Assembly (NCBI GenBank): GCA_035623825.1
Contig: DASPSR010000020.1
Location: forward strand, 64,001 to 128,000
Direction: 5' to 3'
Length of the DNA stretch: 64,000 nt
From: Nitrospirota bacterium
GTDB taxonomy: Bacteria; Nitrospirota; UBA9217
This document shows, one piece after another, positions 20,860 to 29,226 of this stretch. The notes under the pieces were generated by a model. The model did no database searches, was not told the origin of the DNA, and was given only the letters and a program-made list of their open reading frames with translations. Position 1 is the stretch's first letter, and every line of letters begins with the position of its first letter. The position numbers and the translations under genes are program-made.

Positions 20860-21612
20860 GTGAGGATAAAACCAGTTTTATCGATTACGCTTCTTTCCCT
20901 GTTCTGCATGTACTCCCAGGCCTCATCGGCGGAGATCGACTGCCTCCAGTGCCACGAGGAGCTTACCAAAGGGAAAAGCGTTCACGCGGCCGTTTCCATG
21001 GGTTGCACCGCCTGCCACACCGCCGTAGATGCAACAGACATCCCGCATAAGATGACATCTAAGATCCCGAAAGGGCTTTCCGCCGAACAGCCCGACCTGT
21101 GCTACGGATGCCATGACAAATCTCTGTTTAACAAAAAATTCGTGCACCCCGCTATAGGCATGGGTTGCACCAGCTGCCACAACCCTCATGCAAGCAAATA
21201 CGCAAAGCTCCTGATCTCAGATCTCCCGGACCTGTGTTATGGCTGCCACGACAAGGGAATTTTCACGAAGAAGAACGTTCACCCTCCGGTTGCCGCAGGA
21301 CAATGCTTGTTCTGCCACGACCCCCACTCCTCGGACTTAGCTTTCCGGCTTGAAAAGCCTATTGACGTACTCTGCGAGACCTGCCATGCCGGCAAGTCTT
21401 CGGGAAAACACATCCTTGCAGGATACGGTCTCGGCGATCGTCACCCGACGAAAGGCGTACCCGACCCCTCGCATCCCGGAAAAGAGCTCTCCTGCACAAG
21501 TTGTCACAGCGTTATTCATTCCTCGAATGGGAAGTTCCTGTTCCCGGACGAAGCTGTTCGCTCCGGCAATATGTGCCTGCTGTGCCACATAAAGATCAGT
21601 GTCCGTCCATGA
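20860..21612 (+). CDS. Periplasmic nonaheme cytochrome c (paired-CxxCH, DmsE/MtrA-like)
   Basis: GTG start after AAGGAG; 9 CxxCH with repeated H-P-x-CxxCH-x-PH units. Confidence 0.85.
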   Translation: MRIKPVLSITLLSLFCMYSQASSAEIDCLQCHEELTKGKSVHAAVSMGCTACHTAVDATDIPHKMTSKIPKGLSAEQPDLCYGCHDKSLFNKKFVHPAIGMGCTSCHNPHASKYAKLLISDLPDLCYGCHDKGIFTKKNVHPPVAAGQCLFCHDPHSSDLAFRLEKPIDVLCETCHAGKSSGKHILAGYGLGDRHPTKGVPDPSHPGKELSCTSCHSVIHSSNGKFLFPDEAVRSGNMCLLCHIKISVRP

Positions 21613-21692
21613 AAGACGTTTCCGTTAGGAAGCGGTTTACAGCATTCTTGTGTCGAAATGTGCAGAATTCAACAATGATCGGACGGACGCTC

Positions 21693-22601
21693 ATGCGAAT
21701 CCATCCCGCTATCGTTTTGCTCCTCTCCGTTTTATCTTTTCCCTCGCTCTCGTTTGCTACGCCGGACTACGCCCGGCAGACGGGATTTGAGTGCAAGCAC
21801 TGCCATATAGACGCCATCGGTGGCGGTCCGCTCACCCAGGCCGGGAAAATGTTTCTTGATGATATGAAGGTCAAAGGACTCTATCGGCCCCTGACCCCTG
21901 CGCAGCGGTACGTGCGCCTGATAATCGGATACCTGCACCTCGTGACGGCGATCGTCTGGTTCGGAACGATCATGTATGTCCATGTCCTCCTGAAGCCCGC
22001 TTACGCTTCTAAAGGCCTTCCAAAGGGCGAACTCAGGCTCGGCTGGCTTTCCATGATCATGATCCTCATATCGGGCGCGCTGCTGACAGTATCCCGGATC
22101 CCCGCTTGGAACGTCTTCGTCACCACCCGCTTTGGCATCCTGTTGAGCATAAAAATATTTCTGTTCCTTATCATGCTCGCCAGCGCGTTAGTTGTGACCA
22201 TCTATATCGGCCCAAAATTAAAGAAACAGAAGGGCCTTGCCGCTTCTCTTGAGCCCGGCGACTGTACCCTTGACGGCCTTGCCCCGTTCGATGGTAAGGA
22301 CGGCAGGCCCTCATACATTGCCTATAAGGGTATCATCTACGATGTGACGAGAAGCAGGTTTTGGAAGAACGGATCGCACGTTATGAAGCATGCGGCGGGA
22401 AACGATCTGACTGATTTCCTCAAGAACGCGCCTCATGGTGAAGACAGGATCCTTACCATGCCGCAGGTGGGCAAGCTCCTGGCATCTGAGGCAAAACCAC
22501 GTCGACCATTCCATGAACGGCTCTTCTACTTCTTTGCATATATGAACCTCGTTCTCGTGTTCGTCATCACGTTCATCATCGCACTCTGGAGATGGTGGTA
22601 A
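21693..22601 (+). CDS. Monoheme c / CopD-like membrane / cytochrome b5-like fusion protein
   Basis: TPDYARQTGFECKHCH; TM helices with HLVTAIVWFG; b5-like DGKDGRPSYIAYKGIIYDVT...HAAGNDLT...APHG. Confidence 0.75.
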   Translation: MRIHPAIVLLLSVLSFPSLSFATPDYARQTGFECKHCHIDAIGGGPLTQAGKMFLDDMKVKGLYRPLTPAQRYVRLIIGYLHLVTAIVWFGTIMYVHVLLKPAYASKGLPKGELRLGWLSMIMILISGALLTVSRIPAWNVFVTTRFGILLSIKIFLFLIMLASALVVTIYIGPKLKKQKGLAASLEPGDCTLDGLAPFDGKDGRPSYIAYKGIIYDVTRSRFWKNGSHVMKHAAGNDLTDFLKNAPHGEDRILTMPQVGKLLASEAKPRRPFHERLFYFFAYMNLVLVFVITFIIALWRWW

Positions 22602-22623
22602 AGATCCCGCCGATCTCTCTCCC

Positions 22624-22666
22624 TATGATGTGCATCATAGGCTCTTCCCTACGTTAATGATACAGT
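22624..22666 (+). promoter_or_regulatory. Crp/Fnr-type box plus -10, upstream of cupin gene
   Basis: TATGATGTGCATCATA at 22624-22639; TACAGT at 22661. Confidence 0.7.
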
Positions 22667-22712
22667 GTGTCAAAGAAGATCCATAACAAGATGAACAAGG
22701 AGGGAAAATATC

Positions 22713-23027
22713 ATGGAGGTGCTCGATCTCAAGAAGTTGATGAAGTTCAACCCTGACAAGATATCACGAGAAATGCTGTCCGACAAGCCCGAGATGCGCG
22801 TCGCGCTCATGTGCTTGAGCCCTGGCCAGAAGCTTGAGCCCCACAAGGCGCCGTTGCGACTCATGATGTACTGCGTCGAAGGAACGGGGACTTTCACCGT
22901 TGGTGAAGAGAAAATCGAGGCGGACGAGAAAACCTGCATCCTGTGCGATCCGTCGGTGCCGCATGGTTTTGAGGCGAATAAGGGCCAGAAACTCGTCGTC
23001 ATGGCGGTTGTGACACCGGTGGATTGA
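22713..23027 (+). CDS. Cupin domain protein
   Basis: LSPGQKLEPH...VEGTG...VPHG motifs. Confidence 0.85.
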   Translation: MEVLDLKKLMKFNPDKISREMLSDKPEMRVALMCLSPGQKLEPHKAPLRLMMYCVEGTGTFTVGEEKIEADEKTCILCDPSVPHGFEANKGQKLVVMAVVTPVD

Positions 23028-23082
23028 AACAGAAGAATATATTATAAGCGGTCTGAATCAAGATACACATCAACGGAACAAT

Positions 23083-23112
23083 AAAAACGCCCTCACTTCC
23101 AAGTGAGGGCGT
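23083..23112 (-). terminator. Strong hairpin / intrinsic terminator (minus-strand polarity)
   Basis: Perfect inverted repeat ACGCCCTCACTT-CC-AAGTGAGGGCGT, with a T-run after it on the minus strand. Confidence 0.7.
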
Positions 23113-23318
23113 GCTCTCAAAGGGCAGCGCCGCTATGATCGACGCCCCTTTCATGTATTTTCTCCTCCCGCATTCCACGGATGCATGAAATGTCTCGTGA
23201 CAAACCAATAAAGTCAACCCTCGATGGTGGTGCATAATTATGCAACTGCATGCTACTTTCGCATTATTGAACTGTAAACCGGATTTCTTCACTTCGATAT
23301 AATTTCTTTTACAACTCG

Positions 23319-23361
23319 TATGACATGCATCATACCAGAAAATTGCGTTTTGGATTATGCT
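23319..23361 (+). promoter_or_regulatory. Crp/Fnr-type box plus -10, upstream of norC
   Basis: TATGACATGCATCATA at 23319-23334; TATGCT at 23356. Confidence 0.72.
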
Positions 23362-23401
23362 TTTCCCGTTACTGGCAAAAATCCAAACCAAGGAGGTGCG
23401 T

Positions 23402-24085
23402 ATGGGAAATAAAGCAGCGAGGAATCTCTTTATCATTGGCAGTCTCTTCTTCTTCGTGGTCTTCCTTGCCCTCACAGTCGACACACTGGGGAAACTCGAC
23501 AAACGGGCACCGGAAATCACGCAAGCAGTTGACGACGGCAAAATGGTATGGCACAAGTACGATTGCATCGGATGCCATACCATTCTCGGGAACGGGACCT
23601 ATTTCGCTCCCGACCTGACCAAGGTAGCTGCTCGTAAGCCGAAAAGCTACCTTAAGCAGTTCATCATGGACCCCAAAGGAGTAAAGGGAGACGCGGTGAT
23701 GCCCACTCTTGGGATCAGCTCCACCGAAGCTGACAACCTTCTGGCTTTTCTCGACTGGATGTCCAAGGTCGACACGAACGGTTGGCCTCCCAAACCGATA
23801 CTTGCAACGGCCGCTGGCGTCGGGGGAAAAGAGCTGACTGCCGGACAACTGGTGTACCAGGCGCAGGGCTGCTCCAACTGCCATTCCATCAGCGGCATCG
23901 GCGGGACCTCTGGACCGGACCTGACGAAGGTAGGGAGCAGGCGCGATCGTGACTGGTTAATCGGCCATTTCAAGGACCCGCAGAAATATGTGAAGAATTC
24001 CGCGATGCCGCCGGTCACTGCCTCTAATGAGGAGATCGACCAACTCACAGCATACATGCTTACACTCAAGGAGGCGACAAAATGA
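23402..24085 (+). CDS. norC: Nitric oxide reductase subunit C (diheme variant)
   Basis: N-terminal TM, GKMVW..YDCIGCHTILGNGTYFAPDL; second domain CSNCH...GPDLT...AMP. Confidence 0.88.
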   Translation: MGNKAARNLFIIGSLFFFVVFLALTVDTLGKLDKRAPEITQAVDDGKMVWHKYDCIGCHTILGNGTYFAPDLTKVAARKPKSYLKQFIMDPKGVKGDAVMPTLGISSTEADNLLAFLDWMSKVDTNGWPPKPILATAAGVGGKELTAGQLVYQAQGCSNCHSISGIGGTSGPDLTKVGSRRDRDWLIGHFKDPQKYVKNSAMPPVTASNEEIDQLTAYMLTLKEATK

Positions 24086-25473
24086 CAATGAAATATAAAA
24101 GTCAAAGGATCGCGCAGTACTTTTACACCTTCGCGATCCTGCTGTTCCTCGTGCAGGTGCTCGTCGGCCTTATCGGCGCCCTCGAGTTCATATGGCCGAA
24201 CTTCTTCTTCCTGAAGTTTCACATCATCAAGACGCTCCATGTGAATGCGCTCGTGATCTGGCTCCTCGCCGGTCTCATGGGGGCGACCTACTATGTGGTT
24301 CCCGAGGAATCGGAAACGGAACTCTGGAGCTATCCTCTTGCCTTGTTTCAGTTCTGGGCAACGGTCGTTACCGTGACCTTGGTGGTGATCGGCTATATAT
24401 GGATGGGTTTCGACCCCCAGGCGAATAAGACGGTGTTCGGCACTCTGATACTGAACGAAGGCCGCGAGTATATCGAGGCCCCGCGCTGGGCGGACATTCT
24501 CATCGTGGTCTCGGTGCTTCTGTTCCTGTTCAACAACTTCATGACCATGTTCAAAACCAAGAAATGGACCGGAATTCAGGGCACGCTCCTGGGCGGCCTC
24601 GTGTTTTTGGCACTCATGTATCTGCCGGGCATGGTCTATACCAAGAGCATGGTCAAGGACCAGTTCTGGTGGTGGTGGGTGGTCCATCTCTGGGTAGAGG
24701 GCGCATGGGAGGTCATCGCGGGCGCCTTGCTCGCATTCATGCTGATGAAGGTGATCGGCGCGAAGCGTGAAGTGCTTGAAAAATGGATGTACATTGAGGT
24801 GGGCCTCGTAATGTTCACGGGTCTTTTAGGCACCGGCCATCACTATTACTGGATCGGAACGCCGGGATACTGGCTCTGGGTCGGCGGAATCTTCAGTTCC
24901 CTGGAACCCCTTCCCTTGCTCCTAATGGTCTGGGATGCGTTCAGGACGACTAGGGAGGCGCGGCAGGTCACGAACCGTGCCGGACTGTACTATACCGTGG
25001 CGCACGCGATCTTCAATTTCGTGGGCGCGGGCCTCTGGGGTGTGATCCACACCCTCCCACAGGTGAATAAGTGGACGCACGGCACGCAGATCACCGCGGC
25101 ACACGGCCACCTCGCGTTCTACGGGGCCTATGTGCTTCTGGTGATGTCCATGATCTATGTGACCCTTCCGGCGATCCGGGGAGTGAAAGAGTACGATCCG
25201 GGAAGAGCCTTTGCGTCTTTCTGGTGGATGACGATCTCAATGATATTCATGGTGTTCGTGCTCACCGGGGCAGGAATGGTGCAGGTCTACATGGAGCGGC
25301 TCATGGGGCTCGACTATGAGGCCGTGAAGGCGAATTACAATCTCTGGTTCTGGGTCTTCCGTGCGGTCTTCGGCGCCGGGTTCCTTGTGGGCGTCGCCAT
25401 CTTCGTCGTCGACTACTTCAAGCTCGGCGGGGAAGCGGCCCCTGCGCTTCAGACGGCAACGGACCGCGGTTGA
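24082..25473 (+). CDS. norB: Nitric oxide reductase subunit B
   Basis: GREYIE, WWVVHLWVEGAWE, GTGHHYYWIG, SSLEP and HGHLAFYG. Confidence 0.93.
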   Translation: MTMKYKSQRIAQYFYTFAILLFLVQVLVGLIGALEFIWPNFFFLKFHIIKTLHVNALVIWLLAGLMGATYYVVPEESETELWSYPLALFQFWATVVTVTLVVIGYIWMGFDPQANKTVFGTLILNEGREYIEAPRWADILIVVSVLLFLFNNFMTMFKTKKWTGIQGTLLGGLVFLALMYLPGMVYTKSMVKDQFWWWWVVHLWVEGAWEVIAGALLAFMLMKVIGAKREVLEKWMYIEVGLVMFTGLLGTGHHYYWIGTPGYWLWVGGIFSSLEPLPLLLMVWDAFRTTREARQVTNRAGLYYTVAHAIFNFVGAGLWGVIHTLPQVNKWTHGTQITAAHGHLAFYGAYVLLVMSMIYVTLPAIRGVKEYDPGRAFASFWWMTISMIFMVFVLTGAGMVQVYMERLMGLDYEAVKANYNLWFWVFRAVFGAGFLVGVAIFVVDYFKLGGEAAPALQTATDRG

Positions 25474-25502
25474 TATCTGCCCGGTAATTGTGATAAAATT
25501 AA

Positions 25503-25531
25503 GAGGACGGCGATATGCCGTCCTTTTTTTT
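25503..25531 (+). terminator. Intrinsic terminator after norB
   Basis: AGGACGGC-GATAT-GCCGTCCT followed by a T-run. Confidence 0.85.
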
Positions 25532-25822
25532 GCGTGAAGCGTTGATGGCGGAGACGCTTTTGGACTAATGTCGCTCATCATGGTAACAATCCGCATTCCA
25601 GAAGGACAACATATCGCTTCAATCTTCAAAGGGGCATGATGGACACGGATGTTTGATGCGGCGGATATTCTTTATTGAAACTTTCTATGTTGACGGCGGG
25701 CCAGGATAACGATATCGGACAGATAACCTCATCTCATTTTGCAAGCGAGGCATCATTTTGCTATAATTCCCATATTGGCTTAATTACATAGTCATACCTG
25801 ATATTGCACTGTGCCAATCATT

Positions 25823-26614
25823 ATGAACAATTCCCTATACCTTTTTCTGCGAACTGCGCTATTCATATTGGCCTCCTGCCTGTTGATCATCGGATATGGA
25901 TTCTGGCAAAGGGCTGCTTGGGCCCTTGCACTCTGGCCGTGGCCGGATGGCCCCTTGAGTTATCTATTCATTTCATCCATGCTTCTCGCAGAAGGAGCCA
26001 CCATGACGTGGGTTTGCGTTACGATGGAACTCAACGCGGTCCGTGGTGGATCGCTCGGATTTGCTGCCATGAATGCCGGCATTTCTGTTTTTACCGGCTA
26101 CCTTTACGGTCAACGCCACCAATCGCTGCTGACGGCTTGGACAATCGTTTGTGGAGTCCTAGCCATCGGTGCGCTGGTCCTCTTCGTTATGGGCGCCAAA
26201 TATGAACGCCGCGATGTCCGCCCTTCGCCGCCTGTCGTGCGAACCTCCTTCTTAGTCTTTTCAGTCGCGCTTTTCACCGCGACAGCAATGCTGCTTGCGA
26301 GAAGGCCTATTGTTTTCCCTTGGCCGCTCAAACCCGACAGTTCGGTTATGTTTGGTTTCCTGTTTCTGGCCTCGGCTATTTACTTCTTTGACGGTTGGCT
26401 GCGGCCAAGCGCGGCCAACGCCTCTGGACAACTTCTGGGTTTCCTCGTTTACGATATTGTTCTTATCCCCCCCTATCTTCATCATTGGAGCAAGACACTA
26501 GGAGGATTTCGTGTCAGTTTGGTGATTTACCTCATCGTCCTTTTCTGGAGCGCAGCTCTTGCGCTCTGGTTTTGGTTTAAATACGGACTCGTCAAGCATA
26601 TAAAAAACCTGTGA
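25823..26614 (+). CDS. Hypothetical polytopic membrane protein
   Basis: About 8 hydrophobic segments; repeated [W/F]PWP motif in both halves. Confidence 0.65.
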   Translation: MNNSLYLFLRTALFILASCLLIIGYGFWQRAAWALALWPWPDGPLSYLFISSMLLAEGATMTWVCVTMELNAVRGGSLGFAAMNAGISVFTGYLYGQRHQSLLTAWTIVCGVLAIGALVLFVMGAKYERRDVRPSPPVVRTSFLVFSVALFTATAMLLARRPIVFPWPLKPDSSVMFGFLFLASAIYFFDGWLRPSAANASGQLLGFLVYDIVLIPPYLHHWSKTLGGFRVSLVIYLIVLFWSAALALWFWFKYGLVKHIKNL

Positions 26615-26828
26615 CCAATCACGAGGCCTCGCAATAATTGGCCGAATAAGGCATAGCTTGATCCGCTTCGGGGCGACACATCTGGAGAAAACATCTGAAA
26701 TTATGCTATTAACTTATCATGATCTTATGCTATCCCATTGTGTGGCCAGATTTCCATTAATTTTAACTAGAACCACTCAAGGTAACGGTGAATCCATCGG
26801 CATTTCCCATTCGTACGCATATAGAGCG

Positions 26829-26871
26829 TATGACCTGAATCATATTCATTTTTCTCTGCATGTACTATAAA
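26829..26871 (+). promoter_or_regulatory. Crp/Fnr-type box plus -10, upstream of 4Fe-4S membrane protein
   Basis: TATGACCTGAATCATA at 26829-26844; TATAAA at 26866. Confidence 0.68.
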
Positions 26872-26877
26872 TCCAGT

Positions 26878-27807
26878 ATGAAGACGGCCACCTTAACCAC
26901 ATATCGAAGGATCACCCAGGTGCTCTTTATCCTGTTTATCTTCCTCATGCCCGTATTGAACATATTCCGGTATGACACGACAACCCATGAGCTGATCCTA
27001 TTCGGAAACGTCTGGGGTCTCGGCCTTCGAGAGGGCTTCTCTTCCGACCATAGCATGGCCGGCTCGCTCCACATCCTGGTCCAATTTTTCTTAAAGGCGA
27101 TCCTTCCCTGGCTCTTCATCCTGGCGATCTTTCCCCTTCTCGGCTATTTCACGGGAAGGTTCTTCTGCGGTTGGCTCTGTCCTGAAGGTGCTCTGTTCGA
27201 ACTGTCCGATTTCCTGACCCTCAAGCTCCTCAACAGAAGAAGCCCGTACGGAAGGAGACCGAACGACCCGGAGGTGACTTGCACGAACAAGATAGGATAC
27301 GGGTTGATTGCGCTCGCATGCGCAACGGTCATCCCTGTCCTCGGAGGTGTGGCACTCACCGGTTATTTCGTTGCCTCGAAGACCATCTGGCACCAGATCT
27401 CGACCTGGAGCTTCACCTTCGGCGTCAAGGCAGGCATCATCGGCGTTTCTATCTACATGCTCATCACTTCGATATTCGTTCGACACGTCCTGTGCCGATT
27501 TGTCTGCGCCGCCGGACTTATGCAGATGCTGTTAGGCTGGATCAGCCCCGTCTCGCTCCGGCTCAGGATGGACGCGGCCCGGATATCAGCCTGCACTGAC
27601 TGCAAGGGCTGCGACAAGGCGTGCTTCATGAATGTTACCCCGAGAAAGAACAAGCGGGACATCTCGTGCGTGAACTGCGGGGCGTGCATCGAAGCGTGCA
27701 ACAGAGAACTCGGCGAAGGAAAAGGTCTGTTCCATTTTGAATTTGGCGACGGATATGCTTCACCTCACAAAAAAACCGCGGGGATATTTCAACCGAAGAA
27801 CACTTAA
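26878..27807 (+). CDS. Membrane 4Fe-4S protein (NapH/CcoG/NosR-like)
   Basis: GRFFCGWLCP, CRFVC, CTDCKGCDKAC and CVNCGACIEAC. Confidence 0.85.
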   Translation: MKTATLTTYRRITQVLFILFIFLMPVLNIFRYDTTTHELILFGNVWGLGLREGFSSDHSMAGSLHILVQFFLKAILPWLFILAIFPLLGYFTGRFFCGWLCPEGALFELSDFLTLKLLNRRSPYGRRPNDPEVTCTNKIGYGLIALACATVIPVLGGVALTGYFVASKTIWHQISTWSFTFGVKAGIIGVSIYMLITSIFVRHVLCRFVCAAGLMQMLLGWISPVSLRLRMDAARISACTDCKGCDKACFMNVTPRKNKRDISCVNCGACIEACNRELGEGKGLFHFEFGDGYASPHKKTAGIFQPKNT

Positions 27808-28086
27808 GACCGTGACAGAATTCTCGTCAAGTTCCAAAAACCATTTCCAATCAGACCCTATCGAACCTTTCTTGGACTCTGTGGGTAAAACGGTATCCCA
27901 CTCCATGGAAACCATTTACTGCCTTGTTATGTCAAAAAACTTCTAAATTCGTGCTACAATTACTCCATACGCATTTCTCTGATCGAAATTCTTCATCATA
28001 ATTCGCATGTTAGCTGCATGTTCGTGTCGACAAAATGCGTTTTTTTGCAACTCTCGTCATCCTGCATCAGGAGAAGGTAAAACCGC

Positions 28087-28114
28087 TTGACAATCACCTG
28101 ATATATGGTAAATT
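28087..28114 (+). promoter_or_regulatory. Sigma70-like promoter of the prxU-rrf2 unit
   Basis: TTGACA-16 nt-TAAATT with extended TG. Confidence 0.55.
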
Positions 28115-28157
28115 AAGGTCTTAAATATCCTATATAGTAACGAAGGAGGACAACATC

Positions 28158-28769
28158 ATGTCTAGTGAATGCTGTGGTATTCGGGTCGGCCAGACGGTGC
28201 CGGATTTCAAGCTTGAGACCTATGATCCCTCGAAGGGCGATTTCAGCGAGATCAGCCTCGCCGCGCAGAAAGCGGCAAAAAAATGGACGGTTCTTTTCTT
28301 CTACCCTGCCGATTTCACTTTTGTTTGAGCGACGGAATTTGCTGCTCTGGCGGAGCAGTATGAAGCATTCAAAAAAGCCGGTGCCGAGGTGATTACTGTA
28401 AGCACCGATACCAAATTCGTCCACCTCGCATGGCAACGTGACGAGAAAATGCTCGAAAAAGTCAAATATCCCATGGGCTCTGATACTACCGGCAAACTGT
28501 CGCGATCATTCGGCGTCTATGATGAGGAGACAGGTCTTGCGCTGAGAGGGACGTTCATCATAAACCCTGATGGTGTTCTGCGCAACTCAGAAGTTAATTA
28601 TTACAATCTCGGCAGGAACATCGAAGAAATGTTGCGGAAGGTCAACGCGAACATTCACCTCGCAGCAAACCCCGTTGAAGCTTGCCCAGCCCAGTGGAAG
28701 AAGGAAGGTGACAAGACACTGAAACCCTCCGCTAAAATGGTCGGCAAGGTGTATGAGGCGTTGAAGTAA
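28158..28769 (+). CDS. prxU: Selenocysteine-containing peroxiredoxin (AhpC/Prx1 type)
   Basis: AGGAGG RBS, ATG at 28158, FFYPADFTFV-[TGA 28326-28328]-ATEF in frame with the track ORF 28389-28769; resolving EACPAQW; SECIS-like hairpin downstream. Confidence 0.9.
28340..28360 (+). promoter_or_regulatory. Bacterial SECIS-like hairpin
   Basis: TGCTGCTCT-GGC-GGAGCAGTA stem-loop starting 11 nt after the TGA, with G in the loop. Confidence 0.7.
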
Positions 28770-28773
28770 AAGT

Positions 28774-29193
28774 ATGCTGGTGACCAGAGAAACGGATTAC
28801 GCAGTGCGCACGGTTCTTTACCTGGCGCGCGACGGCAGCCGCTTGGCCAGCGTTACAGAAATCGCTCATGCCATGCACATCCCCAAGAGCTTTCTCGCCA
28901 AACTGCTCCAACGGCTCGTACGAAGCCACATCCTGACGTCCATGCGCGGCGTTAACGGCGGCTTTCAACTGGCCCAAAAGCCGTCCGAAATCACACTCCT
29001 GTCCATCATGGAGGCCGTTCAGGGGCCCGCCGGGATCAATGTTTGTGCCATCGATAGCAAGCTGTGCAAACTAAGTTCGACCTGCTCTGTCCATCCTGTC
29101 TGGGTTGAAATCCGAAAGGAGGTGGAAAGACGCCTCAAGAGGGCAACGATTGCTAACCTATTGGCAGATAGAAATTATTTAAAGAAAAAATAG
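28774..29193 (+). CDS. Rrf2 family transcriptional regulator (three-Cys, Fe-S type)
   Basis: TDYAVR, RGVNGGFQL and C-x6-C-x5-C (CAIDSKLCKLSSTC). Confidence 0.9.
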   Translation: MLVTRETDYAVRTVLYLARDGSRLASVTEIAHAMHIPKSFLAKLLQRLVRSHILTSMRGVNGGFQLAQKPSEITLLSIMEAVQGPAGINVCAIDSKLCKLSSTCSVHPVWVEIRKEVERRLKRATIANLLADRNYLKKK

Positions 29194-29226
29194 GACTATG
29201 AATGTCATGAACAAGGAGGCAATAGT

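Noticed and set aside
21090-21260. DNA direct repeats within the nonaheme cytochrome gene
   Set aside because: Explained by the protein-level repeat DLCYGCHDK.
24082-25473. NO dismutase-like variant of norB
   Set aside because: The canonical HLWVEG, HH and HGH ligands and the conserved Glu residues are intact, so this is an ordinary cNOR.
28165-28392. Track ORFs 28165-28392 and 28389-28769 as separate genes
   Set aside because: The first is off-frame and the second is the C-terminal part of the Sec peroxiredoxin.
29189-29210. Fifth TATGA box or an Rrf2 site before ccoN (also CATGAGTAATCACG near 42926)
   Set aside because: Half-site spacing is wrong and the symmetry is weak.
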